From the human T2T-CHM13v2.0 reference genome, Homo sapiens: 64,000 bases of DNA. Under the pieces are notes generated by a model. It worked only from the letters and a program-made list of their open reading frames with translations, was not told the origin of the DNA and did not search any database. The position numbers and the translations under genes were made by a program. The stretch's first letter is position 1. Each line of letters begins with the position of its first letter. Shown in pieces: positions 1 to 19,949 of the stretch. The stretch lies in the NCBI RefSeq assembly GCF_009914755.1, contig NC_060928.1, one strand, 5' to 3'.

Positions 1-3000
1 ATAAATTTCATTTTTATATATTGGTCTCATATCCTACCAACTTGCTGAACTAGCTTATTAGCACTAACTTTTTTTGGTAGATTCCTTAGGATTTGCTGCA
101 TACAAGATTATGTCATCTACAAGTAGAGATAGTTTTGTTTCTTCACTTCCAATCTGGGTGGCTTTATGTTTTTTTCTTGCCTGATTACCCAGTTAGAACT
201 TCCAGAAAATGTCAGGTACAATTAACAACTGCAAACATCCTTGTCTTATTCATTTTAGAAAGAAATTTTTAGTTTTTCACCATTAAGTATGATACTAGTT
301 GTAGGTTTTGTTTAAAAAAAGACTGTGTCAAGTTCAGAAGTTCCCTTCTGTTGCTAGTTTGTTGAATAATTTTATCACGAAAGGGTGTTGAACTTTTCTC
401 AAATGCTGTGGCTACATCTAATGAAATGATCATGCGTTCTTCTCCTTTATTCTATTAATATGGTATATTATATTGATTCATTTTTATACATTAGATTAAC
501 ATTATATTTCTGGAATAAATCCCACTTGGCCTCAGTGTGTATTACTTTTTATATATTGCTGGAGTCTGTTTGCAGGTATTTCATTGAGGACTTTCGCATC
601 TCTGTTGATAAGGTATACTGATCTTTAGTTCTCTTGTGATATCTTTGGTTTTGGTGTCAGAGTAATTCTGAGTTCACAAAATGCATTGGGAAATGTTCCC
701 TTCTCTATCTTTTGGAAGAGTTTACAAAGGATTGGTTTAACTCTTTTTTAAATGTTTGAGGAAATTCTCTACCCCTGGGCTTTCCTTTGTGGGAATTTTT
801 AAACATTTTTAAAATAGATTATTTTTAAAGCAATTTTAGGGTAAAAGCACATTGAATGAAAGGCACAGAGCTTCCTTAAGTACATGCTGCCCCTGTATGT
901 GCATAGCCTCCCTCATTATCAACATCCTTTACCAGAATGGTACATTTGTTGCAGTCAATGAACCTGCATTGACAATTGTCGATGAAAGTTCATAGTTTAG
1001 AGTTCACCTTTGGTGTTATGTATTCTGTGAGTCTGGATCCATGTTTAATGATACTCATTCACCATTACAGTATCATTCAGAGTAATTTCACTGCCTTAAA
1101 AGTCCTCTGTACCCTACCTATTTTTCTCTCCTACCCCACTAACCCTTAGCAACCAATGATCTTTTTATCTCAATAATTTTGCCTATTCCAGAATGTCATA
1201 TAGTTGGAATGATACAGTATATGGAGCCTTTTCAGACTGGTTTTTGTCACTTAGTAATAAGCTTTTAAATTTTCCACCATGTCATGATCGTTCATTTCTT
1301 TTCAGCATTGAATAATATTCCATTGTCTGGTTTATCACAGTTGATTTATCCATTCACATAGTGAAAGACATCTTAGTTGCTTCCAAGTTTTGACAATTAT
1401 GAATAAAGCTGTTATAAAAGTATGTAGGTTTTTGTGTGGACAAAAGTTTTCAGCTCCTTTGAGTAAATAACACAGAGCACAGTAGCTTGATTGACAGTAA
1501 GAGTAAGAAATATTTTTTCTCAGTCTGTGTCTTATTTTTTCATTCACTTGACAGTGCCATTTGCAGAACAAACAGAAAGTTTTAATTTTAATGAAGTCTA
1601 GGTTATCAGTTAATTCATGAATAATGTTTTTGGTATTGTATCTAAAAAGTCAACACCAAGGTCATCTATATGTTCTGTGTTATCTTCCAGAAATTTTATA
1701 GTTCTGCATTTTACATTTAGGGCTGTGACCCATTTTGCATTAATTTTGCAAAAGCTATAAAGACTATGTATAGATTCACTTGTTTGCATGTGGAGTTGTC
1801 CAGTTGTTCCCGTACCATTTCTTAAAGACTATCTTTGCTTTATTGTATTACCTTTGCTACTTTGTCAAAGATCAGTTGATTATAATTAAGTGGTCTGTTT
1901 CTGGACTCTTTATTCTGTTCCATTGATATATTTGTCTAGACTTTCACCAATACCACACTATCTTGTTAACTTAGGCTTTAGAGTAAGTCTTGCAATCATG
2001 TAGTGTCAGTCCTCTGACATTGTTTTTCTCCTTCAGTATTGAGTTGGCTATTCTTTTGCCTATTACTAAGTAAAAAAAGCAGTCTGAAAAGGCTATATAT
2101 ACAGTCATTTATTGGTCTTTTGCCTCTTGATATAAACTTTAAAATTACTTTGTCAGTATCCTCAAAATCTTGCAGGAATTTTGATAGATTGCACTGCATT
2201 TCTAGATTGAGTTAGAAATACTGCCATCTTGACAATACACATCTTCCTATCCATGAACATGGAACATCTCTTTCTTGGATATCCTTCATTAGAATTTTGC
2301 ATTTTCCCCATATAGACCATGTACATATTAGATTTATACATAAATATTTCATTTGGGGGGGTGCTAATGGTAATGTATTTTTATCTCAGATTCTGCTTGT
2401 ACATTGCTGGTATGCAGAAAAGTGATCAACTTTTGTATATTAAACTTGTTTCCTGCAACCATGTTATATAATCACTTTAGATCCAGTTTTTTTTTTTTTG
2501 GTCATTCTTTCATATTTTCTAGGTGATCATGTCATCTAGCAAAGACAACTTCTTTCTAATCTGTATACCTTTTATTTTCTTGTCTTAATGTATTAGCTAG
2601 CATTTCCAGTATGATGTTGAAAGGCATTGGTGAGAGGCAACATACTTGCCTTGTTCCTGATCTCAGCAGGAAATCTTCAATTTTATGTTAGCTCTATGGT
2701 TTTGTAGATATTCTTTATTTACATTAAATATGTTAGCTGTATGGTTTTGTATATATTCTTTATCAGGTTCAGGTAGTTCCCCTCTTTTCCTAGTTTACTG
2801 AGAGGCTTTTGAAAATCATTAATCAGTGTTGGATTTTGTAAATACTTTTTTTCCACCTATTGATATTACCATATGATTTTTCTTTAGCTTATTAACGAAA
2901 TGGATTACATTAATTGATTTTCAAATTTTGAACTAGACTGGCATACCTGGAGCAAATCCCACATGGTTGTGATACATTATTTATGAATGCATTCATGGTC

Positions 3001-3362
3001 ATGGTTGCTATTAGTCTGTAGTTATCTTTTATTGTAAAGACTTTGGTGTTGGTATTAAGGTAATGCTGCCCTCATAGAATAAGTTATGAAGTATTTTCTC
3101 TGCTTCTGTCTTAATTGAGATTGTAGAGAATTCATATAATTTCTTCCTTAAAACTTTGGTAGAAATCAGAATGAACCATCTGTGTCTGGTACTTTGTTTT
3201 GAAAAGTTATTGCTGATTCAATTTCTTTCATAGATATAGGCCTATTTAGATTATTATTTTGCATAAATATTGGTAGTTGTGTCCTTCAAGGAATTGGTCC
3301 ATTTCACCTTGATTATTAAATGTGTGGGCACATTTGTTCATAATATTTCTTTATTATCCTTT

Positions 3363-3652
<290 letters not shown>

Positions 3653-6091
3653 TGATGGCAGAACTTTTTAGGAACAATAGAATGGTATATGGCATTTTCA
3701 AAAATTGTTTTCCCCTCCTCCTATGGAAGCATGAAGGGATTTTTCTCTAGTATTCATTGTGAGAACCTCATCTGGCTCCTGAATGTAGAAAACTCACAAA
3801 ACTGTGAGGAACCTATTATGACTGGATGCCTTTGGAGTTGTTCACACTGAACCTCCAGCAATTCATCAATTATATTTCAGATTTTCCTATCCCAACACTG
3901 GTTCCTACAGAGGTTTCTGCTCCAGTAAGCTGTAATTCTTTTTATCCATCTGCTTCCTTGGTTGTGAGGGCAGTGATTTTCCCTGTGACCTCATTTCTCT
4001 GACAGATCTAAGTAGTCTTGATTACATCTTTTAACCTGTTGTAGGTATATTCAGATTTTCTATTTCTTCTTCAGTCAATTTTAGTAGTTTGTGTTTTTCT
4101 AGAAGTTTGTTCTCTAGCTCTGCTTTAGCTCCATCCAATAAAATATGAGTATGTCGAGTTTTCATTTACAACAAGGTATTTTCTAATTTCTATCATGTTT
4201 TTTTGATTCCTGACTGTATAGGAGTATATTTTTACCTATTACCCAAATTTGCTTGTTATTCATGTATAATTTTATCAGAAAACACACTTTGCACAATTTT
4301 TGCAGTGTTACATTTATTTAGACTTGTTTTATAACTTGACATACAGTCCATCCTGGAGAATGTTTCACGTGTGCTTGAGAAGAATGTGTATATTCAGCTG
4401 TTGGTGGGTGGCATGTTTTATAGATGTCTGTTAGACCTAGTTGGTTTATAGTGTTTTTTACAACTTCTGTTTTCTTTTTAATCTTCTATCTACTTTTAGC
4501 CATTATTGAAAGTGGATTAGTAAATTATCTATTTATTCCTTTAATTCTGCCATTTTTTGCTTCATGTATTTTGGTGCTCTGTTGCTTATTACATGTATGT
4601 TTACATTTGTTACATCATTTTAATGGCTTGAACTTTTTATTATAAAATGTGTATATCTTGTAGATATCGTATAGTTAAATCTTTTTAAAAATTGATATTG
4701 CTAGTCTTTGCCTTTTAATTTTTCAATTTATATACATTTAACATAATTATTGATAAGGTAGGATTTGTCTGCCATTTTGTCTGTATCTTGTCTTTTTTTG
4801 TGTTCAATAGATATTTTCTAGTGTACTGTTTTAATTCCCTTGTCTTTTACTAAATTTTTTGATGTTCTTAATGGTTTCCCTGGGGATTACAACTAACTTA
4901 TAACAGCTAGTCTGAAGTAATACCAATTTCATTACAATATAAGGAAACTTTGTTCCCATATAGCTACATTCCCTCTTTTTACTCTGTGCTATTATACAAA
5001 TTACATTTTATTTTATGCCCATTAACACAGATTATGTTTTTTCTTTTAAATCAGATTGATATTGTCATTTAAATCAAATATGAGAAAAATAGTTACAAAA
5101 AAATACATATATGATTTCATATTTACCTATGTAATTATCTTTACTGGTGCTCTTTAAGTTCTTAGGTGTATTTGAGGTACTGTCTAGTGTCCTTTCCTTT
5201 CAGCCTGAAGTATACATTTAGTATTTTTTGTAGGACATGCCTGAAAACAATAAACTCTTATTTATCAGAGAATGTCCTAATTTATTATATAATACATTTC
5301 TGAAAGATAGTTTTGCAAAATACAGAATTCTTGGTTGGCAGTCTTTTTCTTGTGGTTCTATGTCATTCTACTGCCTTCTGGTCTTCATTGTTTCTGATCA
5401 GAGATCAGCTATTAATCTTATTGGGAATCCTGCATACATGATAATCATACAGTTTTCATGATTTTCTTGTGTTGGCTTTCAGCAGTTTGGTTATGATGTT
5501 TATATGTATGCATATCTTTGGGTTTATGTTACATGGAGTTAGTTGAGCTTCTTGGACATGTAGATTGATGTTGTTCATCAAATTTGAGAAGTTTTCGGCC
5601 ATTATTTTTCAAATATTCTTCCTATTCTTTATTCTTCATCCTCTACTTTGGGGACCTGCATTATATCTATGTTGGTATGCTTTATGGTCTTCCACAGATC
5701 TCTGAGGTTCTGTTTATGTTTTCATTTTTCAGACTGAATAATCTCAATTGACTTATCTTCAAGTCCCTTTTTCCCCTCCTTTTCAACTCTGCTATTGAAC
5801 CCCTCTAATTTTTACTGCAGTTATTACACTTTCAGCTTTAGAATTCTATTTAATAATATCTTTTTCTTGAGTTTATCTCATGTATTTAATAAAATGCTGT
5901 AGTCTTACTTTAGTTATTTAAATACAGTTTTCTTTCATTATTTGGGCATACATGAAATAGCTGACTTAAAGTCTTTGTCCAGTGGCCTAACATCTGGACT
6001 TTTTCAGGAATAGCCTCTATTGACTACTTTATAGGGGCCATACTTTGTTTCTGTTTCTCTTAATTGTTTAGACATTTTAAACTAATGTAAT

Positions 6092-6232
6092 GGCTGAGAG
6101 CAGTGGCTCGTGCCTGTAATCCCAGCACGTTGAGAGGCCAAAGCAGGAGCATCACTTAAGCCCAGGAGTTCAAGACTAGCCTGGGCAGCATAGTGAGACC
6201 CTGTCTCTACAAAAATAAAAATAAATAAAATA
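6092..6232 (+). mobile_element. Free left Alu monomer (FLAM_C-like)
   Basis: ggctgagagcagtggctcgtgcctgtaatcccagc...gagaccctgtctctac followed by an A-rich tail, no right arm. Confidence 0.85.
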
Positions 6233-6910
6233 ATATAATCTGGTAAATCTGAAAATCAGATTCTACCCCCTGCCCAGAATATGTTACTGTTTCTGGTGGT
6301 TGTTGTTTATTTCTTTTTAACTACTCCTATAAAGTTTGTATTGTTTCTCATAGATAGCCATCGAAGTCTTTGCTTGGTTAACTTAGAGGTCAGCTAAGGA
6401 TTAGACAGAATTCCTTAGGTGCCTGAGATCAATAAGTCAGTCTTTGACAAAGGGGTCTGTATGTGTGTTGGGGCATGCATTCAACACTCAGCCAGGCTAT
6501 TTGCAGCTCTGGATTAGCCTTTATTCCCTGCTTGTGCAGAGTCTCAAGGTTAGACTGTGGTGAGAGTTTAGGGCTTTCTGAGGTCTTTTGTGGGCCCTAC
6601 AGTTGCATGTGGCTTTCTAAATTCCCAGGAATATATTTTCAAAGCCTCCTGTGGATCATCTCATTTCCCAGGTAATTTACTTTTAAGCTTTTTTAGTTAT
6701 CTTATGTTTTGCTCCAGTTATTAGCTACACCTGAGTCAGTGACAATATTCAACAGCTGCCTATGATTATTTGACAAATGCCTCTGTGGAAAAGGTGGTTC
6801 ACACTAGGTGAACTCCAAGTTAGATAAAGTAAAGATAACCTTACTAGTGGGATCTTCCAGGAAACTACCAAACAGGTCAAATAATGTAAGGTCTCTGTGA
6901 ATGGGACTTT

Positions 6911-6950
6911 AGAGTATATCCAACCAGTCTAGAGTATATCCAACCAATCT
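6911..6950. repeat. 20-bp tandem duplication (1 mismatch)
   Basis: agagtatatccaaccagtct / agagtatatccaaccaatct. Confidence 0.9.
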
Positions 6951-7799
6951 GGCCTCCTCTAGTGGCAGCCTGGCTGCTGCTTTTCATAATAAATGTGGGC
7001 TGTTTTGATTTGAAGGCTACCATAGAGCTGTGGGGAAAGTTAAAATACCACAGAGCTCACTCTTCTCACTGAAATCCTGTCTTTTTTTCCCTTGAACAAA
7101 TTCTCCCTATATTGCTGCAAGCTTTTTGCTAATTTCCAGATCTGAAAAAGCTGATTCTGACAATATTTATCAGTACTTTTATTGCTTTTATGGAGGATAA
7201 AATTTTCAGAGATCCTTATTCTGCCATTTTTGCTGACATGTGTAAAGTGATCATTTCTAATTGTAAAATTCCTTTTGCATTTATTAGCTGGAATACTTTA
7301 CAGGACTTTTCCTCATCAACCGTTAGTTACCATTTAATATAGTTTGTAAGAATGATAGAATAAATGCATGGCAAGAATCTTTACTTCTCAAATTTCAGAG
7401 ATTTTGATGGGAAATTATATTTAGAGATCACAATCAGTGTCTAGATGTGCTCCCTGCTATGGAGGTGTCATTACTTTTAGGCTTTTTTAATGGGCAAATA
7501 CATGAAGTAATTATTTTTTAGAAAGAAAATCTGAGATTAACTCAAATCATTAATTCATACTGATTTTTCCTATTCATAGTTGACAGAGTATTATTATCTT
7601 TTGTTCTGCTTCTCTTGTACACTGAAATTCTTGGTTTTTGATATTAACAATTATTTACTTATATCACAATATACATACATTAATTTAAAAATAATTTACA
7701 GTGCTACCTGAATATTTTTTCTTGTAAGTTGTTTTATCTCTCTTTGCTTACTTGTATGTTTGTTTATTGTCATTAGAATGTATCAAACTAGGGCTATAA

Positions 7800-8400
7800 A
7801 GCTGTAATACTATATTTTAGCCAGAAACTAGGACCTAGCACTCAAATGCCCATCAATGGTAGAATAATTCATCACATTTTTATAAGATGGAATATGGTAC
7901 TCAATGAAAATGAATAAAGTACAACTACATGCAGTGATTTGGATGGATATCCCAAACATAATGGAAAAAGCACACACAAATAAGCTTATATTATATAATT
8001 CCATATACCTATGTATATATCAAGTATAAAAGTAGGCAAAACAAGCCACTGATGGTGGCACACACCTATAGTTCCAGCTATTTGGGAGGCTGAGGCGGGA
8101 AGATCACTTGAGCCCAGAAGTTCAGGTTCAACCTGAGCAACATAGCAAGACCCCATCTGTAAAAAAGAAAGCATTATTAACATAAAAATAGGCAGAACTA
8201 CTATATTCTTAGAGAAGTTACTGTTAGGGAGACAGACAGTGAGTGACTGAAAGGCAAAATGAGGGGAAATTCCAGGGGATAGTAAATATTTTGTTTCTTA
8301 GTGTGGGTTCTACTTAACTGGGTATTTTCCATTTGTAAACTGTAAAATTATGTGCACTTTTCTGTATGTGTATTACATTGCAATAAAATTGTTTAAAAGT
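7800..8400 (+). mobile_element. Old L1ME-like 3' end fragment
   Basis: caaatgcccatcaatggtagaat...tgtgcacttttctgtatgtgtattacattgcaataaaa, typical of old L1 3' termini; contains a FLAM insertion. Confidence 0.65.
8051..8170 (+). mobile_element. Alu monomer (FLAM_A-like)
   Basis: ggtggcacacacctatagttccagcta...caagaccccatctgt plus A tail. Confidence 0.8.
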
Positions 8401-8550
8401 CAATTGAAATAGTTCTGTGTGTGGTTATGCCACAGCTTAATACAGAGTTAGATTAGACTTCTTTTCAAACTCATTTTGCATATAGACACCTATAATATCA
8501 GCTGCACAGCCTATATAATGCTATCCATAGCAATGAATTTGGTCTTTTGA

Positions 8551-8730
<180 letters not shown>

Positions 8731-9090
8731 TAATCGCTTTATTTTTCATAGAGAATTCATTAGCTTAGATGAAGTGAACAATATGACATATCTTGGTAAG
8801 CTCTTATTAATCAAAGTTTTTCCCAAACTGTAGATACACACTATTTTTTAAGTTGGCATAATAATCATATTATGCCAAAATAATAGATAAAATTTGAGCA
8901 ACAAAAACTTCCTCTTTGGTCTTTTATGTTAATTCCAAAGTTTTAAAGGGGTGTCACTTCATTGTTAAAACTAAATGAGAATTGGTGATGTTTTTCATAT
9001 TTTGACTCTGAATTATGGAAGTTACATAAGTACTACATTCAGAAAAGACCATTTTTAGTCACATTTATGTGCAATGAGATTCAAATAATT

Positions 9091-9144
9091 TAAAGTCACT
9101 GTAATGAATGCATTTAATAAAGTCACTGTAATGAATGCATTTAA
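9091..9144. repeat. Perfect 27-bp tandem duplication
   Basis: taaagtcactgtaatgaatgcatttaa x2. Confidence 0.95.
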
Positions 9145-9308
9145 GTAACTAAAACATTTAGATTTTAATATAACTCTGTAATGGAAATAAATGGACACTA
9201 ATTTCTCACTGAAGTCATTGGTTTTTGTCTTGTCTGTAGAATACGTATTTCTTATAATTTGCAAATTGATAAATTTAACAACTTTTGGGTGGCATGTAGT
9301 CTAGAGTA

Positions 9309-9445
9309 TAGATACTTCTTGACTTATGAGGAGACTACATTCCTATAAATCCGTTGTAAAATGAAAATCCATTTAATACCCCCAATAAACCCATCCTAAA
9401 GTAAAAAAAAAACGAAGCCATTATAGGTCAGGGACTGTCTCCGTA
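9309..9445 (+). mobile_element. TcMar-Tigger family MITE (MER47-like)
   Basis: agatacttcttgacttatga...ataggtcagggactgtct resemble MER47 terminal inverted repeats. Confidence 0.55.
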
Positions 9446-10665
9446 CTAATTGAATGATGAGAAAACCTCAGTATATTTAGCATTTAGCTATGACCACATT
9501 TTCAGTCATTCTATACACTTACAATTATCTTTTGAATTTCGAATACAATTAAAATATTTCCATACTATAGATATTATAACATTGATGAGTCCCTTTAAAT
9601 GAAGAATTTGTTAACCTTATTAAGCTTTCACTTACTATTATAGTCACAGTTAATAAAGCAAGTGCAAAAACTCCTGAAATCACAGTATAAGTTTTTTAAA
9701 GGATGTTTTCAATAATTAAAGTTTACTTAAATGTGCGAGACATCATTTCATAAGACAAGAATATGAATATTAATAACTTAATGAAAAGTACTGATTTTGC
9801 TTGCTGTCATTTTAATTTTCTACAGATAACTTTTTTTTTAACCACTGTTTTATCAAGTGATAAATGTTTATCACTTTCACGAGGTTTCATGTAAACCAAA
9901 TCCAGAGGATACCAAGTAACTTATTGCCTCTGTTGGGTAGGAGAGCTCTGTTCAGAAACCTCCTCACCTTCTAAAATTTACATCTCTGCCAGGTGGTTAT
10001 GTCTCACAACTTTTTTTTTTTAGAGAAATATCAATCTGAAATGAAGACTTCTAAGTATAAATGGAGCAGCTAAATATGATCACCTACCATTTTTTAACAG
10101 TATATTACTTGGAAAATCTGTTCTTCATGAGCAGGGCAGGTGGGGGTGTAACTGAGCATTTCCCCTTTCAAGTAAATTCTGCAAAGGTTTTCATGTATCC
10201 TGCATTCTAGTTCTGAAGCATTTTATCCATATTTGAAGTGTCCAGTAAATTTTAGTTGCTCTATGGAGAGATCATTCCAAATTATTTAAATACTATCTTT
10301 ATAAACATAAAATGTAAAGATTAGAAATAGACAAATTAAGCTAAAGAAGTTCTTTTAATAGTTCATCTTCCTTGGTAGCTAAAAAATGTGACCTCTTTAA
10401 GACCATACGGCTTAATTCCCCTAACCCTACTCCTGGCACAGGCTTGTGTGTATAAAATGCAAAATATCTGCATGCAGTTAGAAAATCAATCTTATGAAAA
10501 AAACAAATAGCTAGATATTTACTAGCACATATGAAATTAAATGATAGTCATGTTTTAAAGATGCTTTATTTAGTAATAAAGGCACCATATATTGTGTTTG
10601 GGATTCAAAATGTAAGGGGAATAATCTAACTGATAGTCTCTTTTACATAGAGAAAATGGACTTAG

Positions 10666-10818
<153 letters not shown>

Positions 10819-11526
10819 TAACAACTTACTTGTTACTAATGACCTATGTCCAAAAATATTTTTGAAACAATGATTTTTAAATATTATTCTAACTTTTCCT
10901 CTTAATTGTTGAAACCACTGCAGTGTTCAGTTTCGAGTATATAAAAATTATACCATACAAAAGTACATTTTTTTTGTCTTTTAGCTGTAAAGACATGCGC
11001 TTCTAAAAGTCACAGGCTGTTCTATCTACTAATCTTGTTCTCATATGAATAATTTTGTTTCTGTAAACAGACTATGGAGATTACATCAAAATTATGTGGC
11101 CCAAGCTATAGGTTCTAACTACCTATTTTTACTGCAAGTCTATAAGTATAAATGAGTATTCATAAGAATTTATAGACTTACAAATATTCACATAAAGCTA
11201 TGCATATACTAACATTGTAAGTATATATATTTCGGTCCAGATGTGTCAGATTTTGCTGATCTTCCTTTTTTGTTTGACCTTGACTTCATACACCAAGCAA
11301 AAACATTTTTTTTTTCTATTTTACATGTGTATTCTAAACTATAGCTAGTTAAGACAGGTAGATGATTTGGTCAGAAATCTCTCATCATGAAGGCAAAAAA
11401 CTAAAATCTTCACTGTTTCAGTAACATCAACAACAAAAGCATTAAGTGAAAGTCTATTACAAACTAAACACTGTGTTTAGTCACTGGGAACATAAAGGTG
11501 AGCAGTGCCATCTCTGTCTGTCTTTA

Positions 11527-11836
<310 letters not shown>

Positions 11837-11847
11837 TTCATCTTTAA

Positions 11848-11990
11848 CTGGGTGCGGTAGTTTATGCCTGTAATCCCAGCTACCCAGGAGACCAGGAGTC
11901 TGAGGCTGCGGTGAGCCATGATTGCATCACTGTGCTCCATCCTGGGTGACAAAGATGACCCAGATTCTAAAAAAAAAGCAAAAAACAAAA
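11848..11990 (+). mobile_element. Old Alu monomer (FAM/FRAM-like, internally deleted)
   Basis: ctgggtgcggtagtttatgcctgtaatcccagctac...gaggctgcggtgagccatgattgcatcactg... plus A-rich tail. Confidence 0.75.
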
Positions 11991-12003
11991 GAATTCCTTC
12001 TTT

Positions 12004-12870
12004 AGTGGAGACAGAGACATATAAAATAAATAGCAATTTTAGAATTACACAGTTCCAGCTGGAATAGAAGAATGTGCACATTTCTAAAAAAATTTAAAAA
12101 CAAAACCCAAAAGTAGACTAGATGTCACAAGCAGCCTTAGACGCTAAATAAAGATCTTTGAACTTTATTCTGTAGGTAACCATTGGGCTGTTTCAAGTGT
12201 GTGTTGGGGATGGAAGGGTAAAGTGATGTAATTCGTATTTTGAAAAATTTACTTAAAAGCCAAGTAAGGGAAATATAACTTAAATCTATGTAAGATTAGA
12301 GAGAGAAGAAAGCTATTGCAATCATTGGGCAAGAGATTTTAAGGACCTAAAGAAATGGCAGGAATTAAGTATGTACACTAACTAAGGTGGAGCTTAGAGA
12401 ACTTGGTGACTAGATGTATGGATGAGAAAAGAATTTGGAGATACAACAAATTTCCAGTTTGGACAGGTAGTTCTATTAACTAGTATCAGAAATTGGTAAG
12501 AAATAGTAAGTTTTGGGATGGGGAGAAGATATCAAAATTTTGGACATGCTAGGCTTCTAGGTTAATTAGATGGAGAATCAGGAGAAAAATTCAGGCTAGC
12601 ACTGTAGATTTGAGAGTCAGAATGCTGGCAGGACTTAAAGTTGAATACATAGGAATGAAAGGAGGTTTTCAAAGTAGAGATTATAAAGAGGACAAAGGGC
12701 TGATGATGGGATTCTGGAGCCATCAATCATTTTAGGCATGAGTGGAGGAAGAGAAGCCAATGAAGTAAGAACTGGGGGAGGGAGTAGAAGAAATGTAGTA
12801 GGAAAAGTGAAAGAGGGAGATGGATGGATGGAGGAAAGCTGGAATGATGAGAAGACACCCAGAGCAGAGT
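12004..12870 (-). mobile_element. L2 LINE fragments
   Basis: GA-rich degenerate motifs (ttttggacatgct, gtagatttgagagtca) resembling reverse-complement L2. Confidence 0.55.
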
Positions 12871-14094
12871 ATACAGGAGCAATAGGTATGGGGCTCTGGG
12901 ATGGGTGCTCTGTCATTTACTTGATAATATTAAAGACTCTCGTGGGATTAGATTAGTTTACACAGCAGACATGGACAAGGGACTAATCCTAAAATGATTT
13001 AGCTACTCTTCTTTTCCACTGTGGACTTTAACAGTCCCAAACATTTTTTTTTTTTTTTGGTTCGAACAATAGAGGCAAATTAAACGATGGTCTATTTGTA
13101 AGTTATTTTATGTCAAATTATGTTTTTAGAAATGTGTATGAATATCTATGAAAAGTTTTTAAACACTATTAATAGTTGGATTAATACTGTTATTTTGTTT
13201 AGCTAGTATCACAAAGTATAAGGAGTGCTTTGATACTGTTGTAAAAGTTTAATTCTCAGCAAGAACTTCTGAAATAAATCAAGCTATAAAAATAAATAAA
13301 TGAATGAGTCTATGTTGCTAGATTTAAAGTTGGGTCATTTTCTATTAAATGAATTTTTAATAGGTGCTGTTAATCAAATGGCTTTACTTGAGGCAGAATA
13401 ACAAAGCATTGATGTTCTTTTTGCTCCCTTGATTCTTATTATGGACTGTCTCATACTTGAAACTATTTTATACATTTCCTAAAACTTAAGTACCCAAAAT
13501 ATGAAGCCATCAAATATGTTCAAGTTTTAATATTTATATATGAAAATGTGTTGATGTAATGTCTAGATAAATTAAGTCAATTAATAGTTGTAAATGGATG
13601 AGATGCTTCTGAATGGATAAAATATTTTTATATTGCATGGTAGGTACTATTGGTAATATTCATCCATGTATGTTAATATGCTTTAGAGATCAAAATAATA
13701 GCCATGTGATGTTTCCACACAGTACACGGGAAGACCATTTGATGTTATAGATGCTGTCATAAAACCTACTATTTGATCTTTACCTCCTTTCCCCAACTGA
13801 GTGTCGTATCTCTATTTCTCACATCTGAATATTCTTCCTTGCTTTATTCCTTGATTTCATGAAGTCTTATTGCTAAAGTTTAGTTGGCTCTCCACAGCAT
13901 CTCTTCTGTCAGTCCCATGGAATTAGAGCTTCAGTTTTCTCAACTTAAATGTCCTTTCTTCGTGTCTATCCAGTAGACATATATTTGGCTCTGTCTTTTC
14001 TATGCCTGCCTTACAATTTAACAGTAGACCTGAAATAGCAGGTGTCAATCTCAAAATCGTGTGCTATTTATCATACATGAAGATGACATTTTAG

Positions 14095-14290
14095 ACAAAT
14101 GCTTCTAAGAGAGCTTTCTATGAAGATGGAAATATTCTCTATTTATGCTGTTCAGTGTAATAGGCACTAGCCACATGTGGTTATTATTTAACAGTTGATA
14201 CGTGGCTAGTGTAATTGAGTTTAAATTAATGTAAAAATTAACACAAACAGCCACATGTGGATAATGGTTACCATAGTGAACAGCACAACC
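14095..14290 (+). mobile_element. MER3 (hAT-Charlie) DNA transposon fossil
   Basis: gatggaaatattctctat...cactagccacatgtgg...tggctagtg...agccacatgtgg, the MER3 internal palindromic motifs. Confidence 0.8.
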
Positions 14291-14619
14291 TTAGACCATG
14301 AGAAAGTTATGCATTTAGAATTGTCTTCCAGACATTTAGATGGATTTCCAGTAATTCATTCACAAAATCCTGCATGGTATTTTTTAGGAGATGGCATAAG
14401 TGTAATTTCTAGCTGATTGTATATCTGTTTTTGTTCAAGAAACAGAATAAAGCTAACTAGACCACAGCATGAACTGAACGGCCACAAAGCACACATCTAT
14501 GTTAAAGAGTAGTTGGTACCTTCATTTTCCTTTGGCCAAAGTTTTATGAGGTTAGATAGACAAATACATATATGAATCCAACAGTAAATAATATGAAGCC
14601 ACCACAAACTTTTATCCTA

Positions 14620-18380
<3,761 letters not shown>

Positions 18381-18491
18381 TTTACCATGTCAAGATATTT
18401 GCTCTATTTTGTGTCATTCCATTTTGTTTCTGGATATATATTTAAGTTCAAAACATTTTTTTAAAGTTCTAAATGGTCTAAATACTAGTGA

Positions 18492-19077
<586 letters not shown>

Positions 19078-19416
19078 GCAGCATCTCATGTTGAGGAGCA
19101 GAACACTGGAATTTAGTAGCATTCGGTTAGAGTAATATGTTGTCTGCAGGTTTCACTGGACAGCAATATTTTCATGAATGAATTCCTGTTGCAAAGTGAC
19201 CTGCTTTGGCATAACTAGCACTCTCATGATAGGTTGGCACATTAGTTTCCTGTCAATTGTGTTGACAAGCACATGAGAATCATGGAAATCCTTGGTGTTA
19301 ATCTAAACCAGTGACTATGCATTGCCAGTTACAGTTAACTTCCAGGAAAATCTCAAAATTCAGTGCCAGTTACCTGGTAGATTGTAATCAGTTAAGCAAA
19401 AAGCCAAATACAAGCC

Positions 19417-19466
19417 ATTCACCTTACAGAGAGAGAAGCATATTCACCTTACAGAGAGAGAAGCAT
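19417..19466. repeat. Perfect 25-bp tandem duplication
   Basis: attcaccttacagagagagaagcat x2. Confidence 0.95.
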
Positions 19467-19616
19467 AAATGAGAAACACATCATCATTGTCACAGTAACT
19501 GTGGTAACCTATTGTAAAAGATTCACAGTGCAAAAGAGCCTGACTACATATTACAGTGGGTAAAATGGATCGGTCTTGTAATTGGAGGCAGTGGTGAGGG
19601 GAAAATAGATACATGT

Positions 19617-19639
19617 TATATATATATATATATATATAT
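19617..19639. repeat. (TA)n microsatellite
   Basis: Uninterrupted TA run. Confidence 0.95.
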
Positions 19640-19949
19640 GTTCTATACCAACAAAGGGTTCAGGGTATAATTTTGCATGTAAAGGGGTGACCCAGAGTAG
19701 AGATAAAGAACAAAATATTCTGTTGAAAAAACTATGAATCAATCAACCTAATGAATTATCAACATGGATGTAGGTGTAGTTGAAGAAGATGGTCAGTGAG
19801 AATATGGAAACAGATATCAGGAATTAAAGTCATATTCTAGGGCAGAAAAGCATTCATGGAGGTATTAGATGATAGCTGAAGTAATTTGAAGAAGCTGGTG
19901 TGAAGTTTTTGTTGAGAAGCAGAGAAGATATTAATTTAATGTTCTAGAT

